A DNA stretch of 64,000 nucleotides from an uncultured Syntrophus sp. (GCA_964571695.1 CAZNDG010000006.1:42859-106858); one strand, 5' to 3'. Counted from the stretch's first letter, positions 29,295-37,688 are shown. The notes: generated by a model from the letters alone, not told the origin. Program-made: numbers and translations.

Positions 29295-31328
29295 TCAGAC
29301 GTCCAGAGGCAGGGTGATCACAATCTTTGTGCCCTCGCCTTTTCTGCTTTCGACATCGATGTTGCCCTTGTGAAGGTCGATGATCTTTTTCACCTGGGTC
29401 ATACCCAATCCTGTTCCATATCGTTTCTGGGTGAAAAAGGGATTGAAGAGGTGGGAAAGGGCCTCCTCGTCCATGCCGCAACCGTTGTCGGCAATCTCCA
29501 AGGCAACGGCGTGGGGCTCGGCGCCGTTGTCCCGAACGGAGATCCGCAGTTGCCCGCCCTCCTCCATGGCATCCACGGCGTTCCGGAAGATGTTCTGGAA
29601 AACCTGCTCCATCATGGCGCCGTCGATGTTCGGATGGGGAAGTTCCTCCGCCATCGTGATCATGACGGCGATATGTTTGTCGGTAACGGACTTTTCCACC
29701 ATCTCCAGGGCGTTTTCTATGGTGCGCCTCAGATCCGTGGGCATGCGCTTCGGTTCCCCCGGTTTGGCGAAAATCAGGACATCGTTGACCAATTCCTCCA
29801 GATGTTCGACCTCCCGCTGGGCGATCCGGAATCGTTTCAGGTCGTTTCCCGTGGGTTGCAGGCGCTTTTCGAGAATTTGCAGACTCATCTTTATCGAGGA
29901 GAGGGGATTGCGGACCTCATGGGCGATCCCGGCGGAGAGCTGACCGATGGCCGCCAGCTTCCGGCTTTCATAATACTTCTTTTCCAACTCCTTGAATTCG
30001 GTAATCTCCCGGCGGACCATGACATACCGGTCCGCCGAACCCTTGAGGGGACAGGGAGTGATGAGGAGATACTGCCTGCTGCCGTCCCGGGCGGTCACTT
30101 CCATTTCAAAGGGCTTGAAAACGCCTTTTTTTATTTCCTGCCATTTTTCCAGGAGAAACTCTTTATGCGCCGGGGCGTACTCGGTAAAATGCTTCCCTTT
30201 GATCTGCGCCGCCTGCATGCCGTCATGGCTCCGGTCGCGACTGGCGAAGGTGATGATGCCCTCGCTGTTCAGTTCGAAAAGGGTGTCCGGAGAGCTTTCC
30301 AGGACCGCTTGCATGTAGTTGTACAGCCCCTCGATCTCCTGGCGGAGCCGGATGTTCTCCTTCAGTTCGTTCTCCAGGGTTTCGGCGTATTCCTTGAGGT
30401 GCATGGACATCTCCTCTTCCCGTGTGATGTCCTGCAAGGTCTCGACGGCGGCGATGATCTCCCCCCTGTCGTCGCGAATCGGTGCGGCAAGGAAATAGAG
30501 GTGCCGATTCCGGCCGCCGATGTTCGGGTAAAAATCCCAGGCTTCGTAAGCACCCTCGATGATCGGCGATTTTTGGACGTTTTTCTTTCCGTAGTACTTT
30601 TTCAGACTCTCTATATCGTCATCGACGATGAGGTCGGCGATTACCGGGCGTTTTTCCGGATAAAAGGGGACGTACTGGCGGTCCGTCCCGATGAAATACT
30701 TGCCCTCGTAACCGCTCAGTTCGGTAAAGGCCCGATTCCAGAACATGATATTGTGATCTTTGCCGATTACAAACATGGGGATGGGCGATCCCTCGATGAT
30801 ACCCTCGATGGTCTTGCGCAGGGTGATGTTCTTTTCCAGCTCCTCCCGGATATTCTCGGCGTATTCCTTGAGGCTGAGCTCCATGACCCTTTCCCGGGTT
30901 ACATCCTGAAGGGTCTCGACGGCGGCGATGATCTCCCCCTGCTCGTCGTAGATGGGGGCGGCAAGGAAATAGAGATGGCGGCTCTGCCCTCCCAGATCGA
31001 TGTAAAAATCCCGAGCCTCGTAAGCCCCTTCCACCTTCACGGATTTACGGACCCGTTTGGAACCGTAGAGCCTCTCCAGTGATATGATGTCCTGATCGAC
31101 GATCAGATCGGCAATCAGCGGCCTTTTGGTCCCATAAAAAGGCATGTAATGTCTGTCCGTACCGATCATATCGCCGGCGGCGAAGCCGGTGAGTTCCTCG
31201 CAGGCCCGGTTCCAGAAGATCACTTCGTGCTTCCGGTTGATGACAAAGGTCGGGATGGGAGAACCCTCGATAATGCCGACGATTACCTTCCGTTCCTGGA
31301 CAAGCTGTTCTTCGACGGCCTTAGTCAT
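29295..31328 (-). CDS. Soluble PAS-domain histidine kinase
   Basis: Two near-duplicate PAS modules plus a third PAS, AHEVRNPL H-box, DNGCGM, FFT, GTGLG; no transmembrane helix seen. Confidence 0.93.
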   Translation of the reverse strand: MTKAVEEQLVQERKVIVGIIEGSPIPTFVINRKHEVIFWNRACEELTGFAAGDMIGTDRHYMPFYGTKRPLIADLIVDQDIISLERLYGSKRVRKSVKVEGAYEARDFYIDLGGQSRHLYFLAAPIYDEQGEIIAAVETLQDVTRERVMELSLKEYAENIREELEKNITLRKTIEGIIEGSPIPMFVIGKDHNIMFWNRAFTELSGYEGKYFIGTDRQYVPFYPEKRPVIADLIVDDDIESLKKYYGKKNVQKSPIIEGAYEAWDFYPNIGGRNRHLYFLAAPIRDDRGEIIAAVETLQDITREEEMSMHLKEYAETLENELKENIRLRQEIEGLYNYMQAVLESSPDTLFELNSEGIITFASRDRSHDGMQAAQIKGKHFTEYAPAHKEFLLEKWQEIKKGVFKPFEMEVTARDGSRQYLLITPCPLKGSADRYVMVRREITEFKELEKKYYESRKLAAIGQLSAGIAHEVRNPLSSIKMSLQILEKRLQPTGNDLKRFRIAQREVEHLEELVNDVLIFAKPGEPKRMPTDLRRTIENALEMVEKSVTDKHIAVMITMAEELPHPNIDGAMMEQVFQNIFRNAVDAMEEGGQLRISVRDNGAEPHAVALEIADNGCGMDEEALSHLFNPFFTQKRYGTGLGMTQVKKIIDLHKGNIDVESRKGEGTKIVITLPLDV

Positions 31329-31503
31329 GCCGCTCTTCCCTCTTTTTCTTCTCCTTGTGCTCCTTGACAGCCATCAGGACGTAAACGCCCACGGCGGCGC
31401 TGAGCGAGATGATAAGATTGACCAGTCCGCTTTCTATTCCGATTACCCGCTGGCATATCAACCACACCACCAGATAGGTAACGGCCGTCAATATTTCTTG
31501 CAT
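31321..31503 (-). CDS. 60-aa hypothetical membrane protein, first gene of the kinase operon
   Basis: Two hydrophobic segments and a charged tail; GAAGGGG RBS; stop overlaps the kinase ATG by 8 nt. Confidence 0.6.
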   Translation of the reverse strand: MQEILTAVTYLVVWLICQRVIGIESGLVNLIISLSAAVGVYVLMAVKEHKEKKKREERHD

Positions 31504-31557
31504 TATCGAACCCCTTCAGGATATTGTGTTATGTTAGGATCAGGTTGCATTCTATTG

Positions 31558-31586
31558 ATCCTACTTGTGTCCGGGCAAAATTTCAA
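31558..31586 (-). promoter_or_regulatory. Sigma-70 promoter of the small protein-kinase-regulator operon
   Basis: TTGAAA-N17-TAGGAT. Confidence 0.6.
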
Positions 31587-31636
31587 TAAAAATGTGCTTA
31601 CGGCAAGAATCATGCGGGCGCCGGGGCCGGAATTTG

Positions 31637-31675
31637 ACATTTCATTCAATCGGCGCCGTCGATTGAATGAAATGT
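31637..31675. promoter_or_regulatory. Perfect 16-bp inverted repeat, candidate enhancer (UAS)
   Basis: ACATTTCATTCAATCG-N7-CGATTGAATGAAATGT, centred about 125 bp upstream of the sigma-54 -24 element. Confidence 0.6.
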
Positions 31676-31780
31676 TCAACGGCGGCAGGCCTGCTCCTAA
31701 AGCGTACGGGGGGGGACAGGAACAAATTTACTAAATGGTTGTCGATTCTTAAGGGGCGCCGGCGGTGGGGCCGCCGGCCA

Positions 31781-31796
31781 TGGCACGGCTGTTGCA
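31781..31796 (+). promoter_or_regulatory. Sigma-54 (-24/-12) promoter of atpE paralog 2
   Basis: TGGCAC-GGCTG-TTGCA matches TGGCAC-N5-TTGC(A/T). Confidence 0.85.
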
Positions 31797-31898
31797 GTTC
31801 CCGGCGCAGTTTGAAAAAATTTCCCTTCCCCAGGCATGTGAACTGTGTTAAGGAAGGGAAAAAAGATCATAAGTTAACACATGAAAGGAGAAGAAAAG

Positions 31899-32279
31899 AT
31901 GTTAGGGAAATTTGGAAAGAAGTTGTTAACGCTCATGACCACGATGGCAGCGGTACTTTTATCCTCACCGGTCGTATTCGCGGCGGGAGAGGCTTTACCG
32001 GGTGCGGGTGAGTCTTACGTGAAGGTCATTTATGCGGTCGGCGCTATGGTGGCCGCCGGGTTCGCCATCGGGCTGGGCGCGATTGGCGCCGGCGCCGGTA
32101 TCGGTAATGCCGCCAATGGGGCCTGTCAGGCCGTCGGAAGAAACCCCGGGGTGCAGGGAAAGATCATGACCGTGATGCTCGTCGGCATGGCCATGGCGGA
32201 ATCCGTTTGTATTTATGCCCTGGTTGTGGCGCTGGTTCTTCTCTATGCCAACCCCTACGTAAAGTACTTTTTGGGTTAA
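31899..32279 (+). CDS. atpE: ATP synthase F0 subunit c (paralog 2) with N-terminal extension
   Basis: GAGAGIG, RNPGV loop, AMAESVCIY, LYANP; AAAGGAG RBS. Confidence 0.95.
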   Translation: MLGKFGKKLLTLMTTMAAVLLSSPVVFAAGEALPGAGESYVKVIYAVGAMVAAGFAIGLGAIGAGAGIGNAANGACQAVGRNPGVQGKIMTVMLVGMAMAESVCIYALVVALVLLYANPYVKYFLG

Positions 32280-32330
32280 TCCGACCGATGAAATTAACTT
32301 CAAAATGAACTACAGTTAGGGGGAAAAAGA

Positions 32331-33644
32331 ATGTCAGAGAAGAAACAAGATAAGCAGTTTTTCACTGTCGCGAGGGTATTCTTCCTGCTTATCGTAATCC
32401 CCTTATCACTGATGGCGATCCTCATCGCCAATGGGATTTTCAAATTAGGGGTTACAGTAAAAGAGCGGGCTGTGACCGTTCTGGACCAGAAATCTCAGGA
32501 AGAAATCAAGATACGGGCCATGAACATCGCAGATGAAGTGGCAAGTTTCCTTACGGAACGAAAGAAAGACGTCCTCATCGCCACGATCATCCCGGCCACC
32601 GAATCTGCGTACAAACAGTTTGTCAGCGAGAACCGGCGGAACGTCTGGATCAAGGATGGCGACAAGTTGAAACAGATTTCCGTCCCCGTTTATACGGAGA
32701 TGGCCCTCATTGACAAAAGCGGCAACGAGGTCATCAAGATTACCAACGGAGAAATCGCCCCCAAATCCCGGCTTACCAATGTGGGCATTCCGGCCAACAC
32801 CACCTATAAATCGGAAACCTATTTCGCCTCGGCCAAGGCCTTGAACAAGGGTGACGTATTTGTCTCCCCGGTGACGGGCTGGTATGTTAACCGAGCCGAT
32901 TTCGAAAAAGGCAAGAGATTCTCAGGGGTTATTCGTTTCGCCACCCCGCTGTACGGCCGGGAAGGTCTTCAGGGTGTCGTTCAACTCGCCCTCGACTATC
33001 GCCATCTCGCCGCCTACACGGATCATGTGATTCCCACCCAGGCCACTCCGGTATTCGAAGCGGACGCCGCCACCGGGAATTACGCCTATATGGTGGACAA
33101 TCGGGGTTTGATGATTTCCCATCCCAACGATTATCACGTCGAAGGACTTTATCCCGACGGAAAGCCGGTACCGGCCCTGACGGAACAGAGCTCGGCGGAA
33201 CTTACGAAAAAGGGCGAAGAGGTGCTGAATCTGAACCTCATGGGTTTTGTCGATCCCAATCTGCCGTTGATCGCCAAGGACGCCGCTTCGGGAAAACCGG
33301 GGATCAAGACCTATAAGTTCGCTGGACATACCAAGTTCGTTGCGTATGCGCCGATCAAATTCTTTGCCCATGATTATCCAGCGCCGGGAGGATTCGGCTG
33401 GATCGGCATGGGAGTAGATGTGGAAAAATTCAACGAGTCTGCCACCCAGGCAACCCAGAACATCCAGAAGGAGGCGAAAGCCTGGTCCACCACGATCATC
33501 CTGATCCTGGTTATATCCATCATCCTTCTGTTTGCCATCGCCGGATTGCTCTCCCGGGGCATTACCCGCTCCATAGAGGCGGAAGTCCCGGCCGACTCCC
33601 AGGGTGAAGGCCCATTCTATGATGACGAGGAAGAAGATAAATAG
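32331..33644 (+). CDS. Two-TM membrane protein with Cache-like extracytoplasmic domain and no cytoplasmic output domain
   Basis: TM near N-terminus, YAYMVDNRGLMISHPN and KFVAYAPI..GWIGMG Cache-like motifs, second TM, short acidic tail. Confidence 0.8.
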   Translation: MSEKKQDKQFFTVARVFFLLIVIPLSLMAILIANGIFKLGVTVKERAVTVLDQKSQEEIKIRAMNIADEVASFLTERKKDVLIATIIPATESAYKQFVSENRRNVWIKDGDKLKQISVPVYTEMALIDKSGNEVIKITNGEIAPKSRLTNVGIPANTTYKSETYFASAKALNKGDVFVSPVTGWYVNRADFEKGKRFSGVIRFATPLYGREGLQGVVQLALDYRHLAAYTDHVIPTQATPVFEADAATGNYAYMVDNRGLMISHPNDYHVEGLYPDGKPVPALTEQSSAELTKKGEEVLNLNLMGFVDPNLPLIAKDAASGKPGIKTYKFAGHTKFVAYAPIKFFAHDYPAPGGFGWIGMGVDVEKFNESATQATQNIQKEAKAWSTTIILILVISIILLFAIAGLLSRGITRSIEAEVPADSQGEGPFYDDEEEDK

Positions 33645-33656
33645 AAACTCTTAACG

Positions 33657-33690
33657 AAAAAGGCCGGATTTGATCCGGCCTTTTTTTTTT
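33657..33690 (+). terminator. Rho-independent terminator
   Basis: AAAAA-GGCCGGAT-TTG-ATCCGGCC-T10. Confidence 0.92.
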
Positions 33691-33803
33691 CCCTCAACCA
33701 AGGGACCGAACATCTTTCCGTTTGACTTCATTATTCATTATTGATAAATGTCCCCGAGTATTTCTTAATGCCTCGACAAACATCTATACACAGGAGGAAT
33801 TAC

Positions 33804-36212
33804 ATGAGCGACAACAGATTGGTAATCTGGTTCGATGAATTGCAGCTTTCCGATATCCCCCAAGTAGGAGGGAAAAACGCGTCCCTGGGAGAAATGCGTC
33901 GCGAATTGATCCCCAAGGGGGTCAGCATTCCCGACGGATATGCGGTAACCGCGTACGCCTACCGCTATCTGCTCGAATCCGCAGGGATTATCGAGCAGAT
34001 CAAAACGGTTCTTTCGGACCTGGACACCCACAACATCGAAAATCTCAAAAAAAGAGGCCAAAAGGTGCGGGAACTCATCTACAACGCCCCCTTCCCCGAT
34101 GACCTGACCGCCGCCATCATCGCCGCCTACAGGAAGCTTTGCGAGGAATACGGGGAAAACACCGATGTGGCCGTCCGGAGCTCGGCAACGGCGGAGGATC
34201 TTCCCGATGCCAGTTTTGCCGGCCAGCAGGAAACCTATCTGAACATCACCGGTGACGAGGCCCTGCTCGAGGCCTGCAAACGCTGTTTCGCCTCCCTATT
34301 CACGGACCGGGCGATATCCTATCGCGTGGATAAAGGATTCGATCACCTTTCCATCGCCCTCTCCATCGGCGTCCAGAAGATGGTCCGTTCCGATCTCGCC
34401 GCCTCCGGCGTCATCTTCTCCATCGACACGGAATCGGGATTCAAGGAAGCGGTCCTGATCACCGGGGCCTACGGACTGGGAGAGACGGTGGTTCAAGGAA
34501 CGGTCAACCCCGATGAATTCTACGTCTTCAAACCGGCGCTGAAACAGGGCTACCGGCCCATCGTCCAGAAGAAACTGGGTACCAAGGAGATCAAGATGAT
34601 CTACGCGGAGCGCCGGGGCGGAGAGGCCACCGAGACGGTGTCGGTTCCCGTGGAGCAGCGGCGCAAGTTCTGTCTCGATGATGACGAGATTCTGCAACTG
34701 GCCCGGTGGACCACCATCATCGAGGATCATTACTCCCAGCAGGCCGGTTATTTCAAACCCATGGACATCGAATGGGGCAAAGACGGCCGGACGGGGGAGC
34801 TCTTCATCCTCCAGGCCCGGCCGGAAACGGTCCAGTCCCAGAAGGATGCCAACGTCCTGGAAAACTACATCCTCCTGGAACATAATAATCCCCTGGTTAC
34901 GGGCACCGCGGTAGGCTCCAAGATCGGCGCCGGACCGGCGAACATCATCGAATCCGTGGAACAGATCATGAATTTCAAGAAAGGCGAGGTGCTGGTGACG
35001 GACATGACGGATCCGGACTGGGAACCGGTCATGAAGATCGCCGCGGCCATAGTCACCAACAAAGGCGGCCGGACCTGTCATGCCGCCATCGTCAGCAGGG
35101 AACTCGGCGTACCCTGCATCGTCGGCACGGAAAACGGGACCACGGCCCTCAAGGGTGTCAAGGAAGCCACCGTGTCCTGCGCGGAAGGCGAGATCGGCAA
35201 CGTCTATGAGGGCATCCTGAAATTCGACGTCCAGCGGGTGGACGCTAAGAATCTTGAGCGCCCGAAGACGATGATCATGATGAACGTGGGCAATCCGGAA
35301 AACGCCTTCAACCTCGCCGCCATTCCCAACGACGGCGTCGGTCTGGCCCGGCTGGAGTTCATCATCAACCAGTTCATCAGCATCCACCCCATGGCGCTGA
35401 TCCAGTTCGATAAGGTCACCGATCCGGCCATCCGGGAAAAGATCGCCGCCCTCACCCACGGCTACGACAACCGGGCCGATTTCTTCGTGGACAAGCTGGC
35501 CCAAGGGGTGGCCAAGATCGCCGCCGCCTTTTATCCCAACGACGTCATCGTCCGGATGAGCGATTTCAAGAGCAACGAATACAAGAACCTCATCGGGGGC
35601 CAGTATTTTGAAATGGATGAGGAAAACCCCATGATCGGCTTCCGGGGGGCCTCCCGGTATTACGACGAGCGATACCGCGACGCCTTCGCCCTGGAATGCG
35701 AGGCGATGAAAAAGGTGCGCAACGAGATGGGCCTCGTCAACGCCAAACTGATGATCCCCTTCTGCCGTACCGTGGAAGAGGGGAAAAAGGTCGTGGCCCT
35801 CATGGCGGAAAAAGGGCTGGTCCAGGGCGAAAACAATCTGGAAATCTACATGATGGTGGAGATCCCCAGCAACGTCATCCTCATCGAGGAATTCGGCAAG
35901 ATCTTCGACGGCTTCTCCATCGGCTCCAACGACCTTACCCAGCTCACCCTGGGTCTCGACCGAGATTCCTTCCTCATTTCCCATATCTTCGATGAGCGCA
36001 ACCAGGCCGTCATGGATCTGATCCGGATCGCCATCACCAAAGCCAACAAGATGGGAAAGAAGATCGGCATCTGCGGCCAGGCCCCCAGCGATTATCCCGA
36101 ATTCGCCCGCTTCCTCGTGGAATGCGGGATCAGCAGCATCTCCCTGAACTCCGACACGGTCATCAAGACCACCATCGACATCAAGGAGACGGAGAAGACG
36201 CTGGGGAAATAA
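33804..36212 (+). CDS. ppsA: Phosphoenolpyruvate synthase (pyruvate, water dikinase)
   Basis: VGGKNASLGEM, VRSSATAEDLP, DIEW, RTCHAAIVSRELG, FSIGSNDLTQL; AGGAGG RBS. Confidence 0.97.
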   Translation: MSDNRLVIWFDELQLSDIPQVGGKNASLGEMRRELIPKGVSIPDGYAVTAYAYRYLLESAGIIEQIKTVLSDLDTHNIENLKKRGQKVRELIYNAPFPDDLTAAIIAAYRKLCEEYGENTDVAVRSSATAEDLPDASFAGQQETYLNITGDEALLEACKRCFASLFTDRAISYRVDKGFDHLSIALSIGVQKMVRSDLAASGVIFSIDTESGFKEAVLITGAYGLGETVVQGTVNPDEFYVFKPALKQGYRPIVQKKLGTKEIKMIYAERRGGEATETVSVPVEQRRKFCLDDDEILQLARWTTIIEDHYSQQAGYFKPMDIEWGKDGRTGELFILQARPETVQSQKDANVLENYILLEHNNPLVTGTAVGSKIGAGPANIIESVEQIMNFKKGEVLVTDMTDPDWEPVMKIAAAIVTNKGGRTCHAAIVSRELGVPCIVGTENGTTALKGVKEATVSCAEGEIGNVYEGILKFDVQRVDAKNLERPKTMIMMNVGNPENAFNLAAIPNDGVGLARLEFIINQFISIHPMALIQFDKVTDPAIREKIAALTHGYDNRADFFVDKLAQGVAKIAAAFYPNDVIVRMSDFKSNEYKNLIGGQYFEMDEENPMIGFRGASRYYDERYRDAFALECEAMKKVRNEMGLVNAKLMIPFCRTVEEGKKVVALMAEKGLVQGENNLEIYMMVEIPSNVILIEEFGKIFDGFSIGSNDLTQLTLGLDRDSFLISHIFDERNQAVMDLIRIAITKANKMGKKIGICGQAPSDYPEFARFLVECGISSISLNSDTVIKTTIDIKETEKTLGK

Positions 36213-36300
36213 GGCGCAATACGTTACCGTCCCCGGGTAAACGATTTTCAACAACGGAGGGAAATTGCCGGCGCGGATATGAACGATGTGGTCGAAAAAT

Positions 36301-36342
36301 ATAAACAACAAGGGGCGGTTGCCGTCAGACGGCAACCGCCCC
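36301..36342 (-). terminator. Terminator hairpin downstream of rnpB (converging with ppsA)
   Basis: GGGGCGGTTGCCGTC-A-GACGGCAACCGCCCC, followed by TTGTTGTTTAT on the minus strand. Confidence 0.75.
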
Positions 36343-36359
36343 TGCTTTATGAGATGTTT

Positions 36360-36743
36360 GAGGAGGCCGTAAGCCGAGTTCTGTTCCGGCTCCGGGTCAC
36401 CCCGGCCGCCGGCGATGATCATTCCTCTAGGGCGGCAGTTGCCTGCCGCCTCAAGCGACCTACCCGAGAACCTCGGGCGGGCCGCCCTCGGTCGTTCTCC
36501 TATTCGGTCTTGCTCCGGATGGGGTTTACCATGCCTCCCCTGTCGCCAGCGGAGCGGTGAGCTCTTACCTCGCCTTTTCACCCTTACCCGCCACGGAGCG
36601 GCGCTCCAGAACGCGGGCGGTATATTTTCTGTGGCACTTTCCTTGGGGTCGCCCCCAGTCGCCGTTAGCGACCATCCTGCCCTGCGGAGCTCGGACTTTC
36701 CTCCCGTCCGGACTTGCCGGACCAGCGATCATCTGTACTCCTC
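36360..36743 (-). ncRNA. rnpB: RNase P RNA, class A
   Basis: GAGGAAAGTCC, AAGTGCCACAGAAA and ACAGAACTCGGCTTA conserved regions; complementary GAGGAG/CTCCTC ends. Confidence 0.97.
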
Positions 36744-37467
36744 AAACATTTTCCTTGTTCTGGTCATACCAGTAGATAATCCGGCGGCAGTTGGGACACA
36801 CCATGAGATCTTCCGTATCTTCGAGCAATTCGTTGTAGAGTTGGGGAGGAATGCTCATGTGACAGCCGTCGCAGGTTTCCTTCCAAGCGGAAACCACCGC
36901 CAGGCCCTGATTTACGTTTTTGGTCATATCATATCTTTTCAATAAGTTCTTCGGAATTTTTTCCCGCAGGGACTCCCCTTGGCGCTGCCGTTCCTGAATC
37001 TGTGATTCTATGGAACCGATCCGATTTTCCAGCCTTTCCCTTTCCTCCTCGTATCGCCGCCCGGCCGACTGGAAGTCACCTTCCCGGATCGCCAGGGAGG
37101 TCTTCATGGCGTCGATCTCTTCCAGAATGGAGATGATCTTGTCTTCCACCACGCCGTGTTTCTGTTCCAGGGTCTCTATTTCTTTCAGCACCGCCTGATA
37201 CTCCTTGTTGGATTTCACCTCATGGATGCGGTCCCGGGTTTTCCGGAGTTGCTCCATACCTTTCTTTAGGGCCTCTTCCAGTTCCCGGTGGTTTTGGTTC
37301 TTCGCCTCCAACCGGTTTCTTTCCTCCTCCAGCGCCTCCCGGACGGCGGCAAAGTCCGCGTCGAGTCTGGCCAGACGCAGTGGGAGATCTTTCCTGCTCT
37401 GGAGGACTTTCTGCGTTTCCGTATCGATCTTTTGCAACGCGATGAGATGCATCAAATTTTCGTTCAA
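36742..37467 (-). CDS. C4-type zinc ribbon / coiled-coil protein (DUF164-like)
   Basis: LIALQKID, long coiled coil, C-terminal CDGCHM..CPNCRRI. Confidence 0.88.
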   Translation of the reverse strand: MNENLMHLIALQKIDTETQKVLQSRKDLPLRLARLDADFAAVREALEEERNRLEAKNQNHRELEEALKKGMEQLRKTRDRIHEVKSNKEYQAVLKEIETLEQKHGVVEDKIISILEEIDAMKTSLAIREGDFQSAGRRYEEERERLENRIGSIESQIQERQRQGESLREKIPKNLLKRYDMTKNVNQGLAVVSAWKETCDGCHMSIPPQLYNELLEDTEDLMVCPNCRRIIYWYDQNKENV

Positions 37468-37498
37468 TTATTTACCCCTTTCTCAAGAGAAACAAGAC

Positions 37499-37532
37499 AA
37501 AAAAAAGTGCACCTCCTGCAAGGTGCACTTTT
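37499..37532 (-). terminator. Terminator after the tRNA
   Basis: AAAAGTGCACCT-N6-AGGTGCACTTTT with T-run on the minus strand. Confidence 0.85.
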
Positions 37533-37612
37533 CTTTCCGGGAAGACGCCGCTTCCTGTCATCCCATTGTAAGCCTGTATCTGCAATTCTCTGTAACTGCT
37601 ATACATATATTA

Positions 37613-37688
37613 TGGTGGGCCCACCTGGGTTCGAACCAGGGACCTACCGGTTATGAGCCGGTGGCTCTACCAATTGAGCTATGGGCCC
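37613..37688 (-). tRNA. tRNA with CAU anticodon, most likely tRNA-Ile2 (lysidine)
   Basis: 76-nt cloverleaf GGGCCCATAGCTCAATTGGTAGAGC..CTCATAA..GGTTCGAACCC..CCA; G1-C72 pair, no initiator GGG/CCC stem; lies after rpoD. Confidence 0.9.

Noticed and set aside
29370-31082. 570-aa plus-strand ORF
   Set aside because: Antisense shadow of the histidine kinase
34296-36581. 761-aa minus-strand ORF
   Set aside because: Antisense shadow of ppsA running into rnpB; no recognisable motifs; typical of high-GC codon bias
36415-36945. 176-aa and 93-aa ORFs over the RNase P RNA
   Set aside because: Explained by rnpB, whose conserved motifs are clear
37288-37656. ORFs running through the tRNA
   Set aside because: Overlap a complete tRNA and the zinc-ribbon gene; no RBS or motif support
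37613-37688. tRNA-Met or fMet call for the CAU tRNA
   Set aside because: No initiator features (paired 1-72, no GGG/CCC anticodon stem); position after rpoD favours Ile2, though elongator Met is not formally excluded
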